Part shown: positions 35,514 through 43,616 of the stretch, in pieces
How the letters are laid out: each line of letters begins with the position of its first letter
Position numbering within the stretch: position 1 is the stretch's first letter
The notes under the pieces: model-generated
What the model saw: the letters and a program-made list of their open reading frames with translations, nothing else
Told to the model about the DNA's origin: nothing
Databases searched by the model: none
DNA from: an uncultured Eubacteriales bacterium
GTDB lineage: Bacteria; Bacillota; Clostridia; Oscillospirales; CAG-272
Length of the DNA stretch: 62,027 bases
Assembly: GCA_900547725.1 (NCBI GenBank)
Contig: URHR01000003.1
Location: 1 to 62,027 of the forward strand
Reading direction: 5' to 3'
Position numbers and translations under genes: made by a program

Positions 35514-36884
35514 ATGAAAGCAACACAATACATAACCGGAGTCGAGTTACCGTTTGTCCGCAGAAACCTGTACCCGTCTGCCGGCATGAGCGGCGCGATT
35601 ACGGTTTCGGTGAAGGACGCGATTCTGTCGCGGGATTTTCTCGGCTTTGGGGTCGCCGTTACCGGCAGTTCCTGCCATGAGCTGAATGCAATGGAGCAGG
35701 GCGCGCGGGCGGCACTGCTGCGTCGGATTTACACCGCGGACGGACTGAACCTGTCCGTTGCCCGACTGACGGTGGGATCCAGTGATTACTCAGCGGAGCT
35801 GTACTCCTATGACGATGTCGAAAACGATCTTTCGTTGGCGCACTTTTCCGTTGACCGGGATCGCGCCTATATCATTCCGATGATACAGGAGATTCTGAAA
35901 GTTCGTCCCGATCTTTATCTGTATGCGTCTCCGTGGTCTCCGCCCGCATGGATGAAGACCGGCGGCAGCCTTTGCGGCGGGTATATGCGCAGGGAGTACA
36001 TCGGGTGCTATGCGGACTACCTGATCCGGTATCTGAAGGAATACGAAAAATGCGGCATCCGGATCCGCGCGCTGACGCCGCAGAATGAGCCGGAGACACA
36101 GCAGCACGGGCTGATGCCGGCGTGTATCTGGCATCCGGACATTGAAGCGGAATTCGTTTCGGTCCTTCGGAAAAAGCTGGATGACGAGCGGATGGACGTG
36201 AAGATCTGGATGTACGATCATAATTTTGACGGCGTCTCGCGCGTGATGTGGATGCTGGAGCACCATAAACAGCTGCCGCAGATCTGTGACGGTCTGGCGT
36301 TTCATTATTACAACGGCGGCATCGAGCGGACAGAGGCGCTGAGAAAAGCCTACCCGGATCTCAATTTGTATTTTACCGAGGGAGGGCCGCGCCTGCTGGA
36401 TCACTACGCGACCGACTGGTGCAAATGGGGAACGATGATGGCAAAGGTTCTGAACAACGGTTTCAGCTCCTTTACCGGCTGGAATCTGCTGTTGGATGAA
36501 ACCGGAGGACCGAATATCGGTCCGTACTTCTGCGGCGGTCTGGTTACGCGCAACAGTGCAAGCGGCGCGCTTTCCCGAAGCGGACAGTATCAGGCATTCC
36601 GGCATTTTTCGCACTTTTTCCGGCAGGGGGCGGTTGTTCTGCAAACGGATGTAACGGGAAACGAAGCCGGTCTGTTCCGGTTTCCCGCGGCGGAAAAAGA
36701 CATCACGGTCACCGCATTCCAAAACCCGGACGGCAGTCGGTTTGTCGTTCTGATCAATCCCGATCCGTCCGCCAAAAAGCAGGTTCAGCTTCGGGTCGGA
36801 ACCGACAATTGGTATGTGGAACTGCTTCCGGATACGCTGTCGACCGTGGTGCTGGAGGATCGGGAAAGGAAGGGCGCGGAATGA
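35514..36884 (+). CDS. Glycoside hydrolase family 30 (glucosylceramidase-like)
   Basis: ORF 35442..36884. I moved the start to ATG 35514 (GGGGAGA upstream). Motifs GFGVAVTGSSCHEL, YASPWSPPAWMKT and LTPQNEP are present. Confidence 0.8.
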   Translation: MKATQYITGVELPFVRRNLYPSAGMSGAITVSVKDAILSRDFLGFGVAVTGSSCHELNAMEQGARAALLRRIYTADGLNLSVARLTVGSSDYSAELYSYDDVENDLSLAHFSVDRDRAYIIPMIQEILKVRPDLYLYASPWSPPAWMKTGGSLCGGYMRREYIGCYADYLIRYLKEYEKCGIRIRALTPQNEPETQQHGLMPACIWHPDIEAEFVSVLRKKLDDERMDVKIWMYDHNFDGVSRVMWMLEHHKQLPQICDGLAFHYYNGGIERTEALRKAYPDLNLYFTEGGPRLLDHYATDWCKWGTMMAKVLNNGFSSFTGWNLLLDETGGPNIGPYFCGGLVTRNSASGALSRSGQYQAFRHFSHFFRQGAVVLQTDVTGNEAGLFRFPAAEKDITVTAFQNPDGSRFVVLINPDPSAKKQVQLRVGTDNWYVELLPDTLSTVVLEDRERKGAE

Positions 36885-38101
36885 CGAATCAATTCGGTAT
36901 GTTTATCCACTGGGGCATTTACGCGCAGACCGGTATTCAGGAACAGGTCTTTGCCCGGGAGGATTGGGATCGGGCGCGTTACGAGCGGCTGGCGCAAACC
37001 TTCTGCCCGTCGGATTACGACCCGGAAGCATGGGTGCTGCTGGCAAAGCGTGCCGGCATGAAATACATCTGCTTTACCGCCAAGCATCATGACGGCTTCT
37101 GTATGTGGGACACGCGCCAGACCGACTATTCCGTCATGCATACGCCCTACGGGAAGGATGTTCTGAAGCAGCTGTCCGATGCCTGCCGAAAGCACGGAAT
37201 GAAGCTGTCGATCTACTATTCCATCCCCGACTGGCATCATCCGTTCGGATACAATCCGGCGTCCACCCACCAGTGGAAAGCGGTTGCGTGCGAGCATCCG
37301 AAGCCGGAACTGTACCGGGATTATATCAGGCGGCAGATGACGGAGCTTCTGACGGGCTACGGGGAGATCCATTCGCTGTTTTGGGATATTCCGCCGGGAC
37401 TGACAGACCCTTCCGTCAATCAGTTGGTGCGGAAGCTGCAGCCGGGAATTCTGATCAATGACCGCGGATTTGACAAGGGTGATTTTTCCACGCCGGAGCG
37501 GGAGTATCAGTCGGCAGACGGGACTCGGTTTACCCGCATGACTGAGGCGTGCAATTCGGTCGGCGTGCAGAGCTGGGGTTACCGCGCGGATGAGGACTTT
37601 TACGCAATCCGGCATCTGCTGTCCTCGATTGACCGGATCATGGCGATGGGAGGAAGCTACCTGTTGAATGTCGGACCGGATGCGCACGGGGTGATTACAG
37701 AACCGTATGCATCCCGTGTCCGGGCGGTGGGGGATTGGTATTGCAGAATGGAGGGCTGTCTGGAGAATGCCGGGGCGGATTCGTTTGACTACCGGGTACG
37801 ACTTGACAAGCCGCCGCTTGCAACGGAGAAAAACGGAAAGACCTATCTGCATTTTCCGGACGGGATCTGCTCTTCTGCACTTTATCTGCGTCAGTGGCGG
37901 TCGACGCCGGAGCGAATCCGGCTGATGAACACCGGTGATGTTCTGCCGTGGCGGATCGAGCCGCTGCCGGAGTTCCACAACGGGACAACCGGGCGGGCGG
38001 AGACCGCGTACCTGCGCATTTACGGAATTCCGATCGACCGCCTTTCCGGAGAGCCGATTGTGCTGGAGGTGGAATGGAAATACGACAATTCCGCTTACTG
38101 A
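36881..38101 (+). CDS. Alpha-L-fucosidase (GH29)
   Basis: ORF 36809..38101. The start at ATG 36881 forms an ATGA overlap with the GH30 stop. Motifs FGMFIHWGIYAQ and KYICFTAKHHDGFCMWDT are present. Confidence 0.85.
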   Translation: MTNQFGMFIHWGIYAQTGIQEQVFAREDWDRARYERLAQTFCPSDYDPEAWVLLAKRAGMKYICFTAKHHDGFCMWDTRQTDYSVMHTPYGKDVLKQLSDACRKHGMKLSIYYSIPDWHHPFGYNPASTHQWKAVACEHPKPELYRDYIRRQMTELLTGYGEIHSLFWDIPPGLTDPSVNQLVRKLQPGILINDRGFDKGDFSTPEREYQSADGTRFTRMTEACNSVGVQSWGYRADEDFYAIRHLLSSIDRIMAMGGSYLLNVGPDAHGVITEPYASRVRAVGDWYCRMEGCLENAGADSFDYRVRLDKPPLATEKNGKTYLHFPDGICSSALYLRQWRSTPERIRLMNTGDVLPWRIEPLPEFHNGTTGRAETAYLRIYGIPIDRLSGEPIVLEVEWKYDNSAY

Positions 38102-38138
38102 TTTCTTTACCGATACATGAATTGGGAGAATTCCGGAT

Positions 38139-39014
38139 ATGAACCTGTCGATTAACGCAAATTATCTGGTTTGCACCAGAGATCCGAATCGCTTCCGCAC
38201 CGCAGGGGAGTGCCTTGCGCTTTGCAGACGTGCGGGTTTCCGTACCTTTGACTATTCCCCGTATCTGGACTGCGACAGCTGGGAGGAAAGCATTGACGCG
38301 GTGATCCGTGCGGCAGACGCGCTGGATGTGGAGCTGGAGCAATCGCACGCGCCCTACAATTACTATGCAAAGCGCACTCCGGAGCACTTTTCCGTGCTGC
38401 TGGATCGCAGTGTGGAGGCGGCGATCCGGATGAAGAACCGCCAGCTGGTGTTCCACATGGACGAATATCATGCGCCGTCTCCCGATGCATATGATCCGGA
38501 TGCCGCTCTGGATCGGGCATACGAAGCGCTGGCGCCGCATATCGAAAAGGCGCTGGCGAACGGTGTCCGGGTGGCGCTGGAGACGATTTTTGAGGATCGC
38601 ATCACCGTCGGAAAAACCGGGCGATCGCACTTCGGGGGAACACTTGATGAGCTGCTTCGGTCGCTCGACCGTTTCCGCCATCCGGACGTCGGGTGCTGTT
38701 GGGACTTCGGTCATGCATATCTGGCATACGGGCGGGAGGGTCAGTTGGATGCCATGCGCACATTGGGCAGCCGCATCATCTGCACCCACACGCACGACAA
38801 CTACTATACAAAGGATCTTCACCTGATGCCGTTCTTGGGAGAGCAGTGCTGGGAGCGGGTCATGCGGACGTTGGCAGAGATCGGATATCGGGGCAATCTG
38901 ACCTATGAATTTGTCTATGGCAGACTGCCCGACCGCCTGATTCCCGCATTCCTCGGCTACGCGCACGATACCGGCGAGGTGCTGATTGATCTGTTTGAAG
39001 GAAAGGAGGGATGA
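38139..39014 (+). CDS. Sugar phosphate isomerase/epimerase (xylose-isomerase-like TIM barrel)
   Basis: 291 aa. The metal-ligand pattern is HAPY...VALETIFED...CWDFGHA...HTHDN...TYEF. Confidence 0.72.
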   Translation: MNLSINANYLVCTRDPNRFRTAGECLALCRRAGFRTFDYSPYLDCDSWEESIDAVIRAADALDVELEQSHAPYNYYAKRTPEHFSVLLDRSVEAAIRMKNRQLVFHMDEYHAPSPDAYDPDAALDRAYEALAPHIEKALANGVRVALETIFEDRITVGKTGRSHFGGTLDELLRSLDRFRHPDVGCCWDFGHAYLAYGREGQLDAMRTLGSRIICTHTHDNYYTKDLHLMPFLGEQCWERVMRTLAEIGYRGNLTYEFVYGRLPDRLIPAFLGYAHDTGEVLIDLFEGKEG

Positions 39015-39018
39015 CGGG

Positions 39019-40365
39019 ATGATCAAAGGAAGAATCGGAAGATGTCTTGCGTGGCTTCTGGCGGGGGTTGTCCTGCTGGCTTCCTGCAAACCGGGGCAGT
39101 CCGATTCCCCACAGGATACTTCGAAAGAAACGTCCGGGCAGACTCCGTCCGGGGCGCTTGAACTGATCCGGGACGGGAAGGCGGGCTGTGGCATCGTGCG
39201 GCAGACCGGTATCGGGAAGGATGCGATGACGCTGTGCTCGGAGCTGTTCGACGCCGTACAGGAGAAGACCGGTGCGGAGATCGGCTTTGTCAGCGACCGG
39301 AAGAGCTTGCAGGACGGTTGGGTCGAGATCCTGATCGGGGACACGAACCGCCCGGAGTCCGCACAGGCAAAGCAGGCGCTGGGAGACGATGCATATTCGG
39401 TTTCGGTCGTCAACCGGAAGCTGGTGCTGGTCGGCGCGGATGAACGGATGCTGGAGCATTGTTTGCGGTCGTTTCTGGATATGATTGCGCAAAATGCGGA
39501 AGCGCTCGGAATGGGACGCGGGTACTGGACCATGCCGCAGGATTTCAGCCGGCGTTTCGACAGCCCGGATGAAAGCTATAACGGACACATCGGAAGGGGA
39601 TATCCGCTCAGCTCCGTGTTTACCAGAATTCCGAAGCTGTGTGCAACCGGCGGAAGCTCCTCGGTCGGGGATTACCGCTTTCCGTGGGTGCAGGGCGGCT
39701 GTACGGACGGCACTTATTACTACGCTTTCATGATTACCGACAACTCCGTAGCGCCGACCAAATGTACGATCTTAAAGTATGAGCTTGCCTCGCAGAATCT
39801 GGTAAAGGTCAGCCGGGAGCTGGAACTGGGGCACGCCAACGATGCCGCATGGAATCCGGATCGGGGCGTGATTGCGGTGTGCGGCTCCGGAATGACCCAC
39901 TATCTGATCGATCCGGAGACTCTGACGGTGAAGGAAACCGTCCGGACTGACAATCCGGGCTACACCGTGGTCTATGACTCCGTGCAAAAGGAGTATCTGA
40001 TGGCAACCTCCACCGCAGTCTATGTCTATGACAGCGACTTCCGTCCGAAACGGCAGTTTGCCATTGAAGGATTCCTTTCGGCGTTTGACGCGGGCGGCAA
40101 GGCGGCAGGGCAGGGAATGACCTGCGACGACACTTATCTTTACTATCTGGAATATTGGCAGAATTCCGCAAACGGAAAGGACATCCGTTGCAATATTGCG
40201 GTCTACCGTCTGCGCACGGGCGCGTTTGTCCAAAGAATTCCGCTGGAGATGAAGCGCGAGGCGGAGAACATCTTCATTTGGAACAACAGCTTTTATGTGG
40301 TGTGCAACAACATCTCCTGGTCCGGCTCGGAATGCTTCCGGATCGATATTGTTCCGGAAGACTGA
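39019..40365 (+). CDS. Lipoprotein with one EILIGDT module and a C-terminal beta-rich domain
   Basis: ORF 38986..40365. I moved the start to ATG 39019 (AAAGGAGGG 8 nt upstream). The lipobox is LLASC. The segment VEILIGDTNRPESAQAKQAL matches the modules in 19502..21625. Confidence 0.6.
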   Translation: MIKGRIGRCLAWLLAGVVLLASCKPGQSDSPQDTSKETSGQTPSGALELIRDGKAGCGIVRQTGIGKDAMTLCSELFDAVQEKTGAEIGFVSDRKSLQDGWVEILIGDTNRPESAQAKQALGDDAYSVSVVNRKLVLVGADERMLEHCLRSFLDMIAQNAEALGMGRGYWTMPQDFSRRFDSPDESYNGHIGRGYPLSSVFTRIPKLCATGGSSSVGDYRFPWVQGGCTDGTYYYAFMITDNSVAPTKCTILKYELASQNLVKVSRELELGHANDAAWNPDRGVIAVCGSGMTHYLIDPETLTVKETVRTDNPGYTVVYDSVQKEYLMATSTAVYVYDSDFRPKRQFAIEGFLSAFDAGGKAAGQGMTCDDTYLYYLEYWQNSANGKDIRCNIAVYRLRTGAFVQRIPLEMKREAENIFIWNNSFYVVCNNISWSGSECFRIDIVPED

Positions 40366-40429
40366 AGCTCCGGGAGCAGGACTGCCCGAACGGGCGAACA
40401 ACCGATTGAAAAGAAAGGATCATTTCACG

Positions 40430-40468
40430 ATGAAAGCGATGAAAGCGATGAAAGCAATGAAAGTGATG
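40430..40468 (+). repeat. 9-bp tandem repeat encoding (MKA)3-MKV-M at a gene start
   Basis: ATGAAAGCG ATGAAAGCG ATGAAAGCA ATGAAAGTG ATG gives five in-frame ATGs. Confidence 0.9.
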
Positions 40469-41884
40469 CAAGCATGGCTTCTGATTCTTGTTTTTGTACT
40501 GCTGGCGGTTTTCCCCTCCTGCAAATCGAAGCCTGAGGGTGGGACGCCGACCGACTCCGGAACAGGGGAGAAAACGGAAATCATTGCGGACATTCCGCAG
40601 CGAGCCTACAATACCCATTTTACCATTCTCAATCCGAACAGAAAGCTGCTGGACACCTATTACTGGTGCGAGGACGAAAAAGCCGGAACATCGATTGACG
40701 CGGCAAACTACGGACGGGAGGCGGCAATTGAGGAGCACCTCGGCATTGAGATCTTCCATGAGCTTTACGAGCTGAAGGAGGGGACGCTGTATCGCCTGAT
40801 CGAACAGCAGAACCTGACCGGAACGGAGGCGTATCAGCTTTTCCTGACGCACTCCTTTCAGGATCTGGTCAGCATTGTGACAACCGACAGCGTGCAGGAT
40901 CTCTCACAGGTTTCCGGGGTCTCCCTGAATGAGGATTACTGGAACACGCAGATCATGGAGCAGGTGCGGTTTCAGGGGCATATGTTCCTCGGGAGCAGCT
41001 CGTTCATTCTCCATGAGCCGGTTGTCATGCTGTTCAACAAAAACATGGCGGGCGCACTGCTGAGCGACGGAGGTGCGGCACAGCTGTACGACCACGTGCG
41101 GGAGAAAACCTGGACCATCGAGCAGATGCAGACCTATGCAAAAATGGTTGATACCGGCATGAACAGCAGTCTTGCCAATAAAAAAGACGGGACTTACGGC
41201 TTTGCAACCCTGTTGGACTGGGAGCTTGCCTCCTTTGCGCAGGCAAACCATTATTTCCACGGCACGGTCACCGAAGAGGGCAGCGTAAAGCTGCAGGCAT
41301 TCAACGATGATATCTTCAAAATCTTTCAGAAGGTCGTCGGGCTGGTGGATCAGGAGTACACGTACAGCTGGAGATATTCCGACATCGGAACCGGCGCGGA
41401 GCTGAGCATCAGTACCGGGCGGGTGCTGTTTGCCACCAGCGGAACGCCGGACATGATTCCGCTGATGCTGGAGAGCGAAATTCCGATCGGCGTTCTGCCG
41501 TATCCGACAATCGAAGCGGGAATGAGCTATCAGAGTCTGGATTGGGCAGGATATTTTGCCGTTCCGCGGGCGATTGCCAACACGCAGATGAGCGGCGAGG
41601 TCGCGGAACTGCTCTCCTGGTACGGTGAGAATACGATCAAGAACGAATTCTACAACGTTCTGCTGGGACTCCGGGCAAGCAACGAACCGGAGGACCGCGA
41701 AATGCTGGCGCTGATCTTCGACAACCTGGTGGCTGACCCGGCTCTGCCCTATATGAATGAGGGCGCATCACCGGTTGCCTACATCTTCTATGTCATTTCC
41801 CGGATGCTCTCCAAAGGGGAGCGCGGAATGGCGGGCTGGTACGCACAGTATTACGACCCCGCACAGGCGGCACTGAAGTTTTGA
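40430..41884 (+). CDS. Extracellular solute-binding lipoprotein (paralog of 4962..6428)
   Basis: ORF 40295..41884. The start is at the first ATG of the repeat (GAAAGGA 10 nt upstream). The signal peptide ends in VFPSC. It resembles the first SBP (for example AIEEHLGIEI vs AVEERLGIKL). Confidence 0.68.
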   Translation: MKAMKAMKAMKVMQAWLLILVFVLLAVFPSCKSKPEGGTPTDSGTGEKTEIIADIPQRAYNTHFTILNPNRKLLDTYYWCEDEKAGTSIDAANYGREAAIEEHLGIEIFHELYELKEGTLYRLIEQQNLTGTEAYQLFLTHSFQDLVSIVTTDSVQDLSQVSGVSLNEDYWNTQIMEQVRFQGHMFLGSSSFILHEPVVMLFNKNMAGALLSDGGAAQLYDHVREKTWTIEQMQTYAKMVDTGMNSSLANKKDGTYGFATLLDWELASFAQANHYFHGTVTEEGSVKLQAFNDDIFKIFQKVVGLVDQEYTYSWRYSDIGTGAELSISTGRVLFATSGTPDMIPLMLESEIPIGVLPYPTIEAGMSYQSLDWAGYFAVPRAIANTQMSGEVAELLSWYGENTIKNEFYNVLLGLRASNEPEDREMLALIFDNLVADPALPYMNEGASPVAYIFYVISRMLSKGERGMAGWYAQYYDPAQAALKF

Positions 41885-41910
41885 TATATTTGCCGAAAGG
41901 CTGATATAAA
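41881..41910 (+). promoter_or_regulatory. Promoter candidate with shared motif TATTTGCCGAAAG (locus B)
   Basis: TTGATA (41881..41886), an 18-nt spacer containing TATTTGCCGAAAG (41887..41899), and TG-A-TATAAA (41902..41910). Confidence 0.5.
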
Positions 41911-41915
41911 ATTAA

Positions 41916-41968
41916 AGGCATCACCGCGCAATTCCGACGGTGCAATCGCGAATTGCGCGGTAATGCCT
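41916..41968. repeat. Minimal copy of the MITE ends forming a 19-bp hairpin in the 5' leader of 41987
   Basis: AGGCATCACCGCGCAATTC, a 15-nt loop, and GAATTGCGCGGTAATGCCT (18/19 complementary). It is followed by AAAAAAAGGAGAAAACAC-ATG. Confidence 0.75.
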
Positions 41969-41986
41969 AAAAAAAGGAGAAAACAC

Positions 41987-43354
41987 ATGAAACACTTTCG
42001 TTTGCTCGCAGTCCTCGCAGCCCTTTGTATGCTTCTGACCCTTGCATCCTGCGCCACCCCGGACACACCGCCCACCGGAACATCGGGTACATCCGCAACG
42101 GAAACCCCGAACACCCCCACCAAGCCGAATCCGGAAGTCCCCACGTCCGTTCCGACCGGGGAGACCCCCAAGCCTGAGACCCCGACAACCGCCGGAGGAA
42201 ATGAAGGAGAGACTCCCAAGCCCCCGAAGTATGCGTGGGCAACGCAGGGCGGTGACGGAAGTGCGGATTCGCCGCTCATCATCAATCAGGAAAATTTCGT
42301 CGCGTTCTATAACTTCTATCTCCAGGGCGGCTGGAACTCCTTCGGAGATATCAAAGAGCATTTTGCGCTCGGCTCGGACATCGTTGTCAACACCGGAGAC
42401 GCGAAGACATGGGGAACTGCAGCTCCGCAGACTGTGTTTGAAAGATCCATGTGCGCGTTTAACGGACAGCTTGACGGAAAAGGGCACAGCATTTCGGGAC
42501 TGTGCATCAAGGTGTCTAATGCAACCAAAGACGACCGTGCCGCACTGTTCCATCAGATCAATAAGGGTTCGACCGTCAAAAATCTCGGCATTGTCAATTC
42601 TTATATCGAATTGAAATCGGGAGACTTCGGCTATGTCACCAGCGGCACGTTTGCCGGACGGCTGCTCGGAAACATCGAAGGCTGTTACAGCGACGCGGTT
42701 GTGGTCGGCATCGGCGGCACACCGAAAACCAACACCCTGGGCGGCATTGTGGGAATGGTGAATGAAAACGGTGTCACCGTCAAGGGCTGCGTGTTTGCCG
42801 GCTCGGTGACCTCCGAAAACGCGGGAGCAGGCGGAATTGTCGGAAAGATCAATGGCGGAAAGACCGGTGTTGTGATTTCGGACTGCCTCAACCTCGGCGA
42901 TGTGAAAACCGGATTTACCCGTTCGGGCGGTATCCTTGGGGAAAACTCCAACAATGACGATCCGGCAAACAAGATCATCAACTGCATCAATCTTTCGAAA
43001 AACATTGTCAGCGCGGCAACCGCTGAGGGCGGAAAGGCCGGCGGAGAGATTTACGGCGACAACTATGCCAGCATCCGCAAGCTGACAGTCAATACCTATA
43101 TCATCTCCGATGTCCGCGTGTCCGGCGGGACGGTTGCAAACGGCGTGACGCTGGATGAGAACGGTGCGGTTGTGAACGATGAAAAGAACGTCGGCTGGAC
43201 ATTTAAGATCGTTACGCTGAAAGCCTTCCTTGCCGGCGGAGAGAATATGCCGGAGGGGTGGTTTACCGCCGAAGGCTGTCTGCCCTGCCCGATTGAAGGA
43301 CTCCGCATCGAGCTTGCTCCCTACCTCGCGCTCTGGGGCGTGACGCTTGCCTGA
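41987..43354 (+). CDS. GLUG-repeat lipoprotein, paralog 3 (Pro/Thr-rich N-terminal linker)
   Basis: ORF 41963..43354. I moved the start to ATG 41987 (AAGGAGA upstream). The lipobox is LTLASC. FNGQLDGKGHSISGL and GGIVG...C repeats are present. Confidence 0.7.
   Translation: MKHFRLLAVLAALCMLLTLASCATPDTPPTGTSGTSATETPNTPTKPNPEVPTSVPTGETPKPETPTTAGGNEGETPKPPKYAWATQGGDGSADSPLIINQENFVAFYNFYLQGGWNSFGDIKEHFALGSDIVVNTGDAKTWGTAAPQTVFERSMCAFNGQLDGKGHSISGLCIKVSNATKDDRAALFHQINKGSTVKNLGIVNSYIELKSGDFGYVTSGTFAGRLLGNIEGCYSDAVVVGIGGTPKTNTLGGIVGMVNENGVTVKGCVFAGSVTSENAGAGGIVGKINGGKTGVVISDCLNLGDVKTGFTRSGGILGENSNNDDPANKIINCINLSKNIVSAATAEGGKAGGEIYGDNYASIRKLTVNTYIISDVRVSGGTVANGVTLDENGAVVNDEKNVGWTFKIVTLKAFLAGGENMPEGWFTAEGCLPCPIEGLRIELAPYLALWGVTLA
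42636..43246 (+). repeat. 611-bp segment identical to 44584..45194
   Basis: I compared the two stretches line by line and found no mismatch at a constant offset of 1948. The flanking 150 bp are similar but diverged, with a 12-nt indel. The ORF track shows identical antisense ORFs at 42685..43005 and 44633..44953. Confidence 0.9.
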
Positions 43355-43392
43355 AGCGATTACCGCTTCCGGTTCTGATGCCCCACAAGGCA

Positions 43393-43430
43393 GATACCGC
43401 CGCCCGATTCTGTATCCGGGCGGCGGTATC
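43393..43430 (+). other. GC-rich 14-bp perfect stem-loop between GLUG paralog 3 and the micro-ORF
   Basis: GATACCGCCGCCCG, a 10-nt loop, and CGGGCGGCGGTATC. No T-run follows. Confidence 0.8.
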
Positions 43431-43452
43431 GGAATAAAGAAAGGAGATTTGC

Positions 43453-43593
43453 ATGATGAAAAGCAGTTTTTACACCTCGCCGGAGATGCTTCTGATAGGG
43501 ACGGATGCCGACGATGTCATCCGCACCTCCGGGATACAGGCAGTCGAAAATGACGGGATTTCTGCAGTGCCGGGCATCCCGTGGAAATCCTGA
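43453..43593 (+). CDS. 46-aa micro-ORF (small acidic hypothetical protein), family member 2
   Basis: It is not in the ORF track. AGGAG lies 6 nt upstream. The product is MMKSSFYTSPEMLLIGTDADDVIRTSGIQAVENDGISAVPGIPWKS. Its stop is 23 nt before ATG 43617. It has the same length, position and motif as 17863..18003. Confidence 0.55.
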   Translation: MMKSSFYTSPEMLLIGTDADDVIRTSGIQAVENDGISAVPGIPWKS

Positions 43594-43616
43594 TCGGAAG
43601 GAGGGGCGGAAAAGAC

